Shown here one piece after another: positions 21,720 through 30,662 of a stretch of 32,000 nt of DNA; position 1 is the stretch's first letter; each line of letters starts with the position of its first letter. The position numbers and the translations under genes are program-made. The notes under the pieces were generated by a model. That model saw nothing but the letters and a program-made list of their open reading frames with translations. It did not search any database and was not told where the DNA came from. Source of the DNA: Longivirga aurantiaca (GTDB lineage: Bacteria; Actinomycetota; Actinomycetes; S36-B12; CAIYMF01); NCBI RefSeq assembly GCF_042660085.1, contig NZ_JBHSTI010000002.1, positions 540,001-572,000 of the forward strand. Direction: 5' to 3'.

Positions 21720-23111
21720 CTACTCCGGCGGGGGAGTCGGGCGCGCGGGCGGTCGCACGACGCGCACGTGGCCGCCGGAGGCCGGGGCGGCGGGTGCCGG
21801 CGTCGAGCGTGCCGGGGCGGGCTCGGGCTCGGGCTCGGGCTCGGGGAGGTCCACCGCGGGCTCGACGGCTGCAGGCTCGCGGACCTCGGGTGCGACGCGT
21901 CGGGGTGGGACGGGGCTGCTGAGATCGGGCACGGCGCCGCCGCCCGCGTCGCGACGTCGTCGCCGCGTCAGCCACCAGGCGATGGCCGCGCCCAGGGCGA
22001 CGGCCGCGACGAGGGCCACCAGCCACGGCGATGCGCTGCTCCCGGCCGCCACCGGGGCGCCTGCGGCACCGCCCGCGACCGTGGTCTCCCCGGGGGCGGG
22101 CACGGCTCCGGACGGGGTCGGGGTGGCTTCCTCGCCACCCTCGGGGCGCGGGCCGACGAGCGTGCCCACGGGCGTGACCTGGGTGCGGTTGGCGAAGCCC
22201 CAGCTGAGCAGGCTCTTGGCGGCGGTCTCGGTGCGGTCGCGCACCTGCAGCAGCGTGACGGCGAGGACGTGGCCGTCGCGCTCCGCCGCGCCCCAGAACG
22301 TGCGACCGGCGAGCGAGGTGTAGCCGGTCTTCCCGCCGACCGCGCCGTCGAAGCCGTGCAGCAGCAGACGGTTCTGCGTGTAGATCTTGTACGTCGGGCG
22401 CTTCTTGCCCTTCCCGGCCGGCCGGCCGGGGAAGTCGTAGCTCACCGCGGCGGTGACGGTGCGGAAGTCCTCGAGCTGCATCGCGGCGCGGGCGATGAGG
22501 GCGAGGTCGTACGCGCTGGTCAGCTGGCCGTCGGCGTCGAGGCCGCTGGGGTTGCGCACCACGGTGTCGTCGGCCTGCAGCGAGTAGGCGACGGCCTGCA
22601 TGTCGGCGACCGTCTTCTTCATCCCCCCGTGCGACCCGGCGAGGGCGGCGGCCGCGTCGTTCCCGCTGGGGAGCAGCAGCCCGTGGAAGAGGTCCCAGTT
22701 GGTGTACGTGGCGTCGGGCACGATGCCCACGCGGCCGCCGTCGGCGGACGCCTCCTTCCACGTCACGGTGTGCTCGGCGTCCTTGTCGAGCACCGGCATG
22801 AGCGTGAGGGCGGTCAAGGTCTTGAGCGTGCTCGCGGGCCGGCCCTGCCGGTGAGCGCCCTTGGCGGCGAGGATCTCGCCCGTGGTCAGGTCGGCCAGCA
22901 CCCAGGACTTCGCCGAGATCGGGGGCAGCGGGCTTGCCTCAGGCCCGAGGTTGACGCGGATGCCGTACCCGGCCAGCTGGTCCCCACCGAGGATCTCCGC
23001 CGGTGCCGGTGCCGGTGCCGGGGCCGCCGCCGACGCCGCGCCCGGGAGCGCCACGAGCAGGGCACCGGTCAGCGCGAGCCCGAGGGCGTGGGGGCGGACC
23101 TGACGCAGCAC
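21720..23111 (-). CDS. D-alanyl-D-alanine carboxypeptidase (S11 low-MW PBP) with C-terminal TM anchor and Pro-rich tail
   Basis: GTG start at 23111. The N-terminal signal peptide is [14 protein letters not shown]. Motifs are SxxK (ASTLK), SGN and KTG. A TM helix [19 protein letters not shown] is followed by RRRRR and a PEPEPEPEP-containing tail. The rest of the listed 962-aa ORF is antisense to the mutase gene. Confidence 0.88.
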   Translation of the reverse strand: MLRQVRPHALGLALTGALLVALPGAASAAAPAPAPAPAEILGGDQLAGYGIRVNLGPEASPLPPISAKSWVLADLTTGEILAAKGAHRQGRPASTLKTLTALTLMPVLDKDAEHTVTWKEASADGGRVGIVPDATYTNWDLFHGLLLPSGNDAAAALAGSHGGMKKTVADMQAVAYSLQADDTVVRNPSGLDADGQLTSAYDLALIARAAMQLEDFRTVTAAVSYDFPGRPAGKGKKRPTYKIYTQNRLLLHGFDGAVGGKTGYTSLAGRTFWGAAERDGHVLAVTLLQVRDRTETAAKSLLSWGFANRTQVTPVGTLVGPRPEGGEEATPTPSGAVPAPGETTVAGGAAGAPVAAGSSASPWLVALVAAVALGAAIAWWLTRRRRRDAGGGAVPDLSSPVPPRRVAPEVREPAAVEPAVDLPEPEPEPEPAPARSTPAPAAPASGGHVRVVRPPARPTPPPE

Positions 23112-23273
23112 CGCACGAGGGTAACCCGGCGCCGGTGGTGCCCTGCCCGATTCGTCCAGGTGCAGCGCCGCCACGAGCGGGCGGCTGTGCGAGCACTCAC
23201 ACCGGGCTCCCCGGGCCTCCCCGCGGGGGAGGACGGCACTAGCGTGGTCCGCGGTCGAGCGAAAGGGCCTGCC

Positions 23274-24854
23274 ATGGCACGTCACACCGAGTCCGGACTC
23301 CCGTTCGAGCCCGTCTACGGGCCGGACGCCCTCGACGGCTGGGACCCCGCCGAGCGCCTCGGCGTCCCAGGGCAGTACCCGTTCACGCGCGGCGTCTACC
23401 CCTCGATGTACACCGGCAAGCCGTGGACGATGCGCCAGTACGCCGGCTTCGGCACGGCGGCCGAGTCCAACGAGCGCTACCAGCAGCTCATCGCAGCCGG
23501 CACCAACGGGCTCTCGGTGGCGTTCGACCTGCCCACGCAGATGGGGTACGACTCCGACCACCCGCTCGCCCACGGCGAGGTCGGCAAGGTGGGCGTGGCC
23601 ATCGACTCGATCGACGACATGCGGATCCTGTTCGGCGGCATCCCGCTCGGCGAGGTCTCGACGTCGATGACCATCAACGCGCCCGCCGCCGTCCTGCTGC
23701 TGCTCTACCAGCTCGTCGCGGAGGAGCAGGGCGTGCCGTCGTCCGCGCTCACCGGCACGATCCAGAACGACGTGCTCAAGGAGTACATCGCCCGCGGCAC
23801 CTACATCTACCCGCCGGCGGCGTCGCTGCGCCTGATCACCGACATCTTCGGCTACTGCCGTGCCGAGATCCCGAAGTGGAACACCATCTCGATCTCCGGC
23901 TACCACATGGCCGAGGCGGGGGCGACGCCCGCGCAGGAGATCGCCTTCACGCTCGCCGACGGGATCGAGTACGTGCGCGCGGCCGTGGCGTCGGGCATGG
24001 ACGTGGACGAGTTCGCGCCGCGCCTCGCCTTCTTCTTCGTCGCCCGCACCACCCTGCTCGAGGAGGTCGCGAAGTTCCGCGCGGCGCGTCGGATCTGGGC
24101 GCGCGTCATGCGGGAGGAGTTCGGCGCGAAGAACCCCAAGAGCCAGATGCTGCGCTTCCACACCCAGACGGCGGGCGTGCAGCTCACGGCGCAGCAGCCG
24201 GAGGTCAACCTCGTCCGGGTGGCCATCCAGGGCCTGGGCGCGGTGCTCGGCGGCACGCAGTCGCTGCACACCAACTCCTTCGACGAGGCGATCGCGCTGC
24301 CGACCGCCAAGGCGGCCCGCCTCGCGCTGCGCACCCAGCAGGTGCTCGCCTACGAGACGGACGTGACCGCCACCGTCGACCCGTTCGCCGGGTCGTACGT
24401 CGTCGAGTCGCTGACCGACGAGGTCGAGGCCGCGGCCCTGGATCTCATGCGCCAGGTCGAGGACATGGGCGGCGCGGTCGCGGCGATCGAGCGCGGCTTC
24501 CAGAAGGGCGAGATCGAGCGGTCGGCGTACGCCGTGTCGCAGCAGATCGACTCCGGGGAGCGCGTGGTGGTCGGCGTCAACCGGTACACGGTCGACGAGG
24601 AGGAGCACTACGAGCCTCTCCGGGTCAACCCGGCGATCGAGGGCGAGCAGGTGGCGAGGCTCGAGAAGCTGCGGGCCGAGCGCGACCAGGCCGCCGTGGA
24701 CGAGGCCCTTGCCCGGGTGCGCGACGCCGCCCGGGGCGACGCCAACGTGCTGTACCCCCTGCGGGACGCGCTCCGGGCCCGAGCCACCGTGGGCGAGGCC
24801 TCGGACGCCCTCCGCGAGGTGTGGGGGCTCTACACCCCGGCCGACGTCTTCTAG
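23274..24854 (+). CDS. methylmalonyl-CoA-mutase-family protein, catalytic (substrate-binding barrel) domain only; no B12-binding domain
   Basis: ATG 23274 follows a GAAAGGG SD. Motifs seen are [67 protein letters not shown] and [15 protein letters not shown]. The protein ends at ...[11 protein letters not shown], about where the linker to the cobalamin domain begins in fused mutases. Confidence 0.9.
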   Translation: MARHTESGLPFEPVYGPDALDGWDPAERLGVPGQYPFTRGVYPSMYTGKPWTMRQYAGFGTAAESNERYQQLIAAGTNGLSVAFDLPTQMGYDSDHPLAHGEVGKVGVAIDSIDDMRILFGGIPLGEVSTSMTINAPAAVLLLLYQLVAEEQGVPSSALTGTIQNDVLKEYIARGTYIYPPAASLRLITDIFGYCRAEIPKWNTISISGYHMAEAGATPAQEIAFTLADGIEYVRAAVASGMDVDEFAPRLAFFFVARTTLLEEVAKFRAARRIWARVMREEFGAKNPKSQMLRFHTQTAGVQLTAQQPEVNLVRVAIQGLGAVLGGTQSLHTNSFDEAIALPTAKAARLALRTQQVLAYETDVTATVDPFAGSYVVESLTDEVEAAALDLMRQVEDMGGAVAAIERGFQKGEIERSAYAVSQQIDSGERVVVGVNRYTVDEEEHYEPLRVNPAIEGEQVARLEKLRAERDQAAVDEALARVRDAARGDANVLYPLRDALRARATVGEASDALREVWGLYTPADVF

Positions 24855-24869
24855 CCCCGCTCTGGTCTA

Positions 24870-24914
24870 GACCGTTTCCGGTCGTCCCGCTCCGCGGGAG
24901 AGCCGGAGACGGTC
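24870..24914 (+). terminator. long GC-rich hairpin downstream of the mutase gene (I-shaped terminator candidate)
   Basis: Positions 24870-24882 pair with 24902-24914 (13 bp including 2 G-U). After a 2x2 internal loop, 24885-24890 pair with 24894-24899 around a TCC loop. The hairpin starts 16 nt after the TAG stop. There is no U tract. Confidence 0.6.
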
Positions 24915-25100
24915 GTCATCGGGCCCGGGGCGGCCCGTCCTGGTGTCGCCCGCGTGACGGTCCGTTCACCTGGGTCACGGATCGGTTTCGGAAGCCCGGG
25001 GAAGCAGGGTGAGCAGTCTCTTCCTGGCGCCTCCCCCCACTAGGGTCGTGTCTGAATCGCTCGGGCAAGGCCGCCCGGCGTCAGGAAGAAGGAGACCCCC

Positions 25101-26168
25101 TTGTACAAGGGCCTGAAGATTGCCGCTCTGCTCGCGGCCAGCACGCTCGCTCTTGCGGCGTGCGGCAGCAGCAGCAGCGGCGGTACGACCACCTCCGCGG
25201 CACCGGCTGAGTCGTCCTCGTCGGCTGCGCCGACGTCCGACGTGAAGGTCGGTCTCGCCTACGACATCGGCGGCCGTGGCGACCAGTCGTTCAACGACTC
25301 CGCCGCCGCCGGCCTGGACAAGGCCGCCGCCGAGTTCGGTGTTGAGATCAAGGAGCTCGACGCGACGGCCGGCGAGACGGACGCGCAGAAGGAGGAGCGC
25401 CTCACGACGCTCGCCGAGGCGGGCTACAACCCGATCATCGCCGTGGGCTTCGCGTACGCCGTCGCCGTCGGCAAGGTCGCGCCGGAGTTCCCGGAGATCC
25501 AGTTCGCGATCGTCGACGACTCCTCGCTGTCCGAGGCCAACAAGAACGTCACCAGCCTGGTGTTCGCCGAGAACGAGGGCTCCTTCCTCGTCGGCGCGAT
25601 CGCTGCTCAGGCGTCCAAGACCGGCAACATCGGCTTCGTCGGCGGCGTCAACGTGCCGCTGATCGTGAAGTTCGAGAAGGGCTTCGAGGCCGGCGCCAAG
25701 GCGGTCAACCCGAGCATCAAGATCCAGACGAAGTACCTCACCGAGCCGCCGGACTTCTCCGGCTTCGGTGACCCGGCCAAGGGCAAGGTCGCGGCCGAGG
25801 GCATGTTCGACGGTGGCGCGGATGTCGTCTACCACGCAGCCGGCGGTTCCGGTGGCGGCGTGTTCGAGGCTGCCAAGGCCGCGGGCGGGCTCGCGATCGG
25901 TGTCGACTCCGACCAGTACCTCACCGCCGACGCCAGCGTGAAGGACGTCATCCTCACCTCGATGCTCAAGCGCGTCGACGTCGCCGTCTACGAGATGATC
26001 AAGTCTGCTGTGGGCGGCACCCCGCTCACCGGCGTCCAGACCTTCGACCTGAAGGCTGACGGCGTGGGCTTCTCCGAGTCCAACGCAGCGGTGGCCGAGT
26101 ACGTGGCCAAGGCCAACGAGCTGAAGGACCAGATCATCGCCGGGACCATCACGGTTCCGTCCTCGTAG
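25101..26168 (+). CDS. BMP-family ABC-transporter substrate-binding lipoprotein (nucleoside-binding PnrA/Med-like)
   Basis: TTG 25101 follows a GAAGGAGA SD. The lipobox is LALAAC|G. The BMP motif YDIGGRGDQSFNDSA is present. Tandem stops TAG TAG end the gene. It is followed by matching ABC components and nucleoside salvage genes. Confidence 0.9.
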   Translation: MYKGLKIAALLAASTLALAACGSSSSGGTTTSAAPAESSSSAAPTSDVKVGLAYDIGGRGDQSFNDSAAAGLDKAAAEFGVEIKELDATAGETDAQKEERLTTLAEAGYNPIIAVGFAYAVAVGKVAPEFPEIQFAIVDDSSLSEANKNVTSLVFAENEGSFLVGAIAAQASKTGNIGFVGGVNVPLIVKFEKGFEAGAKAVNPSIKIQTKYLTEPPDFSGFGDPAKGKVAAEGMFDGGADVVYHAAGGSGGGVFEAAKAAGGLAIGVDSDQYLTADASVKDVILTSMLKRVDVAVYEMIKSAVGGTPLTGVQTFDLKADGVGFSESNAAVAEYVAKANELKDQIIAGTITVPSS

Positions 26169-26182
26169 TAGCACGTCACGGC

Positions 26183-26220
26183 CGATCGTGGGGCGCGTCC
26201 TAGGACGCGCCCCACGATCG
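26183..26220 (+). other. perfect 38-nt palindrome (19-bp potential stem centred on CCTAGG) just after the binding-protein gene
   Basis: CGATCGTGGGGCGCGTCCTA|TAGGACGCGCCCCACGATCG, with every position from 26183 to 26220 self-complementary. It starts 12 nt after the second TAG. Confidence 0.8.
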
Positions 26221-26225
26221 CCGGA

Positions 26226-26266
26226 CCGGGCCCGATCCATGCGTGTAGCGTGCGGATCGGGCCCGG
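26226..26266 (+). other. second perfect hairpin (13-bp stem, 15-nt loop)
   Basis: CCGGGCCCGATCC (26226-38) pairs perfectly with GGATCGGGCCCGG (26254-66). It lies 5 nt after the first palindrome. Confidence 0.8.
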
Positions 26267-26323
26267 CGTCGTTCCCACGGTCGGCCGGCAGTGCCCGCTG
26301 ACCCTTGCAAGGAGTGAGCAGCC

Positions 26324-27871
26324 ATCAGCACCCAGCCTGACACCGCCTCGACGACCGAAGCGCTCGCGGTCGAGCTCCGGGACATCACCAAGACCTTCCC
26401 CGGTGTCGTGGCCAACAAGGACATCAACCTCCGCGTCCGGCGCGGCACGGTCCACGCGATCGTGGGGGAGAACGGGGCCGGCAAGTCCACGCTCATGAAG
26501 ACGCTGTACGGCATGCACCACGCCGACAGCGGCACGATCGCGCTCGACGGCGAGACCGTGGTGCTCACGAGCCCCAGCGAGGCGATCGCCCGCGGGGTGG
26601 GCATGGTGCACCAGCACTTCCAGCTGGCGGACAACCTCTCGGTGCTCGAGAACGTCGTCCTCGGCAGCGAGCCCAAGCGCGGGATGCGCCTCGACTACGA
26701 CCTCGCCCGCGCCCGGATCCTCGAGATCTCCGACCGCTACGGCCTCGACGTGCGGCCCGACGAGCTGGTCGAGGACCTCGGGGTCGGCGAGCGTCAGCGC
26801 GTCGAGATCCTCAAGGTTCTCTACCGCGGCGCCCGCACCCTCATCCTCGACGAGCCCACGGCGGTCCTCGTGCCCCAGGAGGTCGACGAGCTCTTCGACG
26901 CGCTGCGCGAGCTGAAGTCCGAGGGGCTCGCCATCCTGTTCATCTCGCACAAGCTCGACGAGGTGCTCAAGGTCGCGGACGAGATCACCGTGATCCGGCG
27001 CGGCACCACGGTGGCCTCGGTGCTGCCGGCCGACGTGACCGCGCGCAAGCTCGCGGAGCTCATGGTGGGCAGCGAGCTGCCGACGCCGGAGACGCGCGAG
27101 TCGACGGTGACCGACGTCGAGGAGATCGTGGTCCAGGGGCTCACGCTCGTGGACCGCTCCGGACGCGCGCTGCTGTCGGACGTCTCGTTCACGATCCACC
27201 GCGGCGAGGTGCTCGGCATCGCGGGCGTCGAGGGCAACGGCCAGGCCGAGCTCGTCGAGACGATCATGGGGATGCGCAAGGCATCGTCAGGATCGGTGTC
27301 CCTCGCAGGCGAGGACATCTCCGCCTGGTCCACCCGGCGACGTCGGGAGAACGGGATCGCCTACATCGCCGAGGACCGCATCCGGCACGGGCTGCTGCTC
27401 GAGTCGCCGCTCTGGGAGAACCGGATGCTCGGCCACCAGACGCAGCCACCCAACAGCAAGGGGCCGCTCCTCGACGTCCGGGGCGCCAAGAAGGACACCC
27501 AGCGCATCGTGGACGAGTACGACGTCCGCACGCCGTCCATCGAGGTGCTCGCGTCGGCCCTGTCCGGGGGCAACCAGCAGAAGCTCATCGTGGGTCGTGA
27601 GATGAGCAGCAACCCCTCGGTGCTCATCGCCTCGCACCCGACCCGCGGCGTGGACGTGGGTGCTCAGGCGGCCATCTGGGACCTGCTGCGCGAGGCCCGC
27701 GCGAAGGGACTGGCGGTGCTCCTCATCTCGGCCGACCTCGACGAGCTCATCGGCCTGTCCGACTCGATCAAGGTGATGCTGCGCGGCAAGCTCGTCGCCG
27801 ACGCCGACCCGGCCACCGTCACGCCCGAGCAGCTCGGCTCGGCGATGACCGGCGCGGAGGGTGCAGCCTGA
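26324..27871 (+). CDS. ABC transporter ATP-binding protein, duplicated ATPase (BMP/nucleoside-type importer)
   Basis: Domain 1 has Walker [10 protein letters not shown]. Domain 2 has a degenerate P-loop [10 protein letters not shown] and the signature LSGGNQQK. The conserved N-terminal strand [15 protein letters not shown] lies upstream of the first canonical start (GTG 26408). The frame opens at 26318, and the only start-like codon is ATC 26324, 9 nt after AAGGAG. The 5' end is therefore uncertain. Confidence 0.85.
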   Translation: MSTQPDTASTTEALAVELRDITKTFPGVVANKDINLRVRRGTVHAIVGENGAGKSTLMKTLYGMHHADSGTIALDGETVVLTSPSEAIARGVGMVHQHFQLADNLSVLENVVLGSEPKRGMRLDYDLARARILEISDRYGLDVRPDELVEDLGVGERQRVEILKVLYRGARTLILDEPTAVLVPQEVDELFDALRELKSEGLAILFISHKLDEVLKVADEITVIRRGTTVASVLPADVTARKLAELMVGSELPTPETRESTVTDVEEIVVQGLTLVDRSGRALLSDVSFTIHRGEVLGIAGVEGNGQAELVETIMGMRKASSGSVSLAGEDISAWSTRRRRENGIAYIAEDRIRHGLLLESPLWENRMLGHQTQPPNSKGPLLDVRGAKKDTQRIVDEYDVRTPSIEVLASALSGGNQQKLIVGREMSSNPSVLIASHPTRGVDVGAQAAIWDLLREARAKGLAVLLISADLDELIGLSDSIKVMLRGKLVADADPATVTPEQLGSAMTGAEGAA

Positions 27872-28986
27872 TGCCCGGTCGCCTCAGCCTCAACCGCATC
27901 GCCCTCGCCGTCGCGGCGCCGGTGCTTGCCATCGCGTTCTCGCTGCTGGTCACGTCCGTGGTCCTGGTGGTGTCGGGCAACAACCCGATCGTGGCGTTCA
28001 CGACGATGCTCGAGCAGCTCACCAAGCCGCGCATCCAGGTCAACATCCTGAACTCCGCGACCACCTACTACCTGTCGGCGGTCGCGGTCGCGATCGGCTT
28101 CAAGATGAACCTGTTCAACATCGGCGTCGACGGCCAGTACCGGCTCGCGGCGATGCTCGCCGCCGCCGTGGGCGGCGCCGTCGTCCTTCCGGCGCCCCTG
28201 CACATCGGGCTGATCATCGCCGTGGCGATGTTCGTCGGCGCCATGTGGGCCGGCATCGCCGGACTGCTCAAGGTGACCCGCGGTGTCAGCGAGGTCATCT
28301 CGACCATCATGCTGAACTTCATCGCCACCGGCATCGTGGCCTACCTGCTCGCGCCGGGTCGCCTGGCGGTGGAGACCCAGGGGTCGAACAACATCGGCAC
28401 CAAGCCCATCCCCGAGTCGGGCCAGGTGCCCGGCCTGCCGATCATCCCCGGCACCAAGAACGAGGTCTACGGCCTCATCGTCGTGGCGATCCTCGTCGGG
28501 ATCGGCTACTGGTTCCTGCTCACCCGAACGCGGTTCGGCTTCGACCTGCGCGCCACCGGCTCGTCCGAGCCGGCGGCGGTCGCGAGCGGCGTCAACGTCA
28601 AGAAGATGGTCGTCTACGCGATGCTCCTCTCGGGTGCCGTCGCCGGCCTCGTGGGCATGCCGCAGCTGCTCGGCTCGTCTTACTCCTACGGGCTCGACTT
28701 CCCGACGGGGCTCGGCTTCACGGGCATCGCCATCGCGCTGCTCGGCCGCAACTCGCCGATCGGCATCGCCTTCGCCGCCCTGCTGTGGGCGTTCCTCGAC
28801 AACAGCTCGAACAGCCTCGAGTTCGAGGGTGTCCCGAAGCAGGCCGTCCTGATCATGCAGGGAGTGATCGTGCTGTCCGTGGTCATCGCCTACGAGCTCG
28901 TCCGTAGGTACCGGATCAGGTCGGTCGCGCGAGACGTCGGGCGTCAGCTGGCGGCCACGGCGCCCGAGAAGGAGGCCGTCGCATGA
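27871..28986 (+). CDS. ABC transporter permease (BMP-type, YufP/NupB-like)
   Basis: ATG 27871 overlaps the ATPase stop by 1 nt (TGATG). The 371-aa product has about 9-10 TM helices and sits in the context of a BMP importer. Confidence 0.9.
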   Translation: MPGRLSLNRIALAVAAPVLAIAFSLLVTSVVLVVSGNNPIVAFTTMLEQLTKPRIQVNILNSATTYYLSAVAVAIGFKMNLFNIGVDGQYRLAAMLAAAVGGAVVLPAPLHIGLIIAVAMFVGAMWAGIAGLLKVTRGVSEVISTIMLNFIATGIVAYLLAPGRLAVETQGSNNIGTKPIPESGQVPGLPIIPGTKNEVYGLIVVAILVGIGYWFLLTRTRFGFDLRATGSSEPAAVASGVNVKKMVVYAMLLSGAVAGLVGMPQLLGSSYSYGLDFPTGLGFTGIAIALLGRNSPIGIAFAALLWAFLDNSSNSLEFEGVPKQAVLIMQGVIVLSVVIAYELVRRYRIRSVARDVGRQLAATAPEKEAVA

Positions 28987-30245
28987 GCACCGACACGCTG
29001 ACCCCCGAGACCGCACCGAGCAGGCCGGTGCGCCGGCTCGGCTCGTCGAAGACGTGGCGGCTGCTCTACATCGCCTCGCTGATCCTGCTCCTGCTGTCGG
29101 TGGTGCGGGTCCTCACCGGCGTCACCAACCTGACCTCCGCGGGCACGGTCGCGGCCGCGCTCGGGCTCTCGGTGCCGATCGCGATGGCCGGTCTGGGCGG
29201 CCTCTGGGCCGAGCGCGCGGGCGTGGTCAACATCGGGCTCGAGGGCATGATGATCCTCGGAACCTTCGGGGCGGGCTGGGCCGGCTACCAGTGGGGCCCG
29301 TGGGTCGGTCTGCTCGTGGCCGTGGCTGCCGGCGCCCTCGGAGGCCTGCTGCACGCGCTCGCCACGGTGACGTTCGCCGTCGACCAGATCGTGAGCGGCG
29401 TCGCGATCAACATCCTCGCGGTCGGGCTCACCCAGTTCCTCGCAGCCGAGCTGTTCACCGGCGTCCCCGGCGGTGGCGGCACGCAGTCGCCGCGCATCGA
29501 CACCATGGGCAGCATCACCCTCCCGGGCATCTCGACCGCTGCCGAGTCGATCGCCGAGCAGGGCTGGTTCCTCGTCTCCGACCTGGCCGGTGTCATCGCC
29601 GGCCTCACGACCAACGTGTCCTACGTGACGATCATGGCGATCCTCGCGCTCGTCGGTTCCTTCTTCATCCTCTGGCGCACGGCGTTCGGCCTGCGGCTGC
29701 GCTCCTGCGGCGAGGCGCCGTACGCCGCGGCGACGCTCGGCGTGAACGTCATGAAGTACAAGTACATCGCGGTGGTCATGTCGGGCGCCCTGGCCGGTCT
29801 CGGCGGCGCCTACCTGACCATCGTGGCCGCGCAGATCTACCGCGAGGGCCAGACGGCTGGACGCGGCTACATCGGTCTCGCCGCGATGATCTTCGGCAAC
29901 TGGCGTCCGGGCGGGCTCGCCGCCGGTGCGGGTCTCTTCGGCTACACCGACGCCCTGCAGCTGCGCGGCGGCGGTGCGGTCCACGCGCTCCTGCTGCTGA
30001 CCGCCATCCTCCTCGTGGGCTACGCGATCTGGCTGTTCTACAAGCGCAAGCTGGTCAGCGGCATCATCGCGGTCGTGATCGGCCTCGGCGTGTACGCCTG
30101 GTACGCCACCACGGACGACGTGCCCCCGCAGGTCGCGTTCGTGACGCCGTACGTCGCCACGCTGCTCGTGCTGTCGATGGCCTCGCAACGGCTGCGCATG
30201 CCGGCCGCGGACGGGAAGCCGTACCTCAAGGGCGAGGAGCACTAG
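28983..30245 (+). CDS. ABC transporter permease (BMP-type, YufQ/NupC-like)
   Basis: ATG 28983 overlaps the upstream stop (ATGA). The 420-aa product is polytopic and is paralogous in style to the preceding permease. Confidence 0.9.
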   Translation: MSTDTLTPETAPSRPVRRLGSSKTWRLLYIASLILLLLSVVRVLTGVTNLTSAGTVAAALGLSVPIAMAGLGGLWAERAGVVNIGLEGMMILGTFGAGWAGYQWGPWVGLLVAVAAGALGGLLHALATVTFAVDQIVSGVAINILAVGLTQFLAAELFTGVPGGGGTQSPRIDTMGSITLPGISTAAESIAEQGWFLVSDLAGVIAGLTTNVSYVTIMAILALVGSFFILWRTAFGLRLRSCGEAPYAAATLGVNVMKYKYIAVVMSGALAGLGGAYLTIVAAQIYREGQTAGRGYIGLAAMIFGNWRPGGLAAGAGLFGYTDALQLRGGGAVHALLLLTAILLVGYAIWLFYKRKLVSGIIAVVIGLGVYAWYATTDDVPPQVAFVTPYVATLLVLSMASQRLRMPAADGKPYLKGEEH

Positions 30246-30248
30246 CCG

Positions 30249-30662
30249 GTGGCCGAGGTCGACTGGGACGGCCTCCGAGCGGCCGCCGTCGAAGTGATGC
30301 AGAGGGCGTACGCCCCCTACAGCAGGTTCCGCGTGGGCGTCGCCGGGCTCGTGGACGACGGCAGGGTCGTCGTGGGGTGCAACGTCGAGAACGCGGCGTA
30401 CGGCGTCGCCCTGTGCGCGGAGTGCGGCATGGTGTCGCAGCTGCACGCCACCGGCGGAGGTCGGCTCGTGGCGGTCGCGTGCGTCGACGCCAACGGCGAC
30501 CCCCTGATGCCGTGCGGCCGGTGCCGTCAGCTCCTGTGGGAGAACGGCGGGCCCGAGTGCCTCGTCGCGACCCCGCTCGGCGTCCTCCCGATGTCCGACG
30601 TCCTGCCGCAGGCGTTCGGCGTCTCCGACCTCTCGCACGTGACAGGTGAGTCCTATGGCTGA
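30249..30662 (+). CDS. cdd: cytidine deaminase (homotetrameric type)
   Basis: GTG 30249. The Zn ligand motifs CAECG and PCGRCRQ are present, along with the N-terminal AYAPYSRFRVG. The product is 137 aa. Confidence 0.93.
   Translation: MAEVDWDGLRAAAVEVMQRAYAPYSRFRVGVAGLVDDGRVVVGCNVENAAYGVALCAECGMVSQLHATGGGRLVAVACVDANGDPLMPCGRCRQLLWENGGPECLVATPLGVLPMSDVLPQAFGVSDLSHVTGESYG

Noticed and set aside
23112-23273. Possible adenosylcobalamin riboswitch or other leader element upstream of the mutase gene, including the hairpin CCTCCCC-GCG-GGGGAGG at 23216-23232.
   Set aside because: The 162-nt divergent region is shorter than typical cobalamin riboswitches, and I could not find a B12-box-like core. 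The single 7-bp hairpin is unremarkable in GC-rich DNA. An Infernal scan would settle it.
26314-26340. Mini-ORF GTG 26314 ... TGA 26338 (VSSHQHPA) directly after the AAGGAG SD, considered as a coupling device for the ATPase gene.
   Set aside because: GTG sits immediately adjacent to the SD with zero spacing, and no restart codon follows its stop. ATC 26324, in the conserved frame, explains the SD better.
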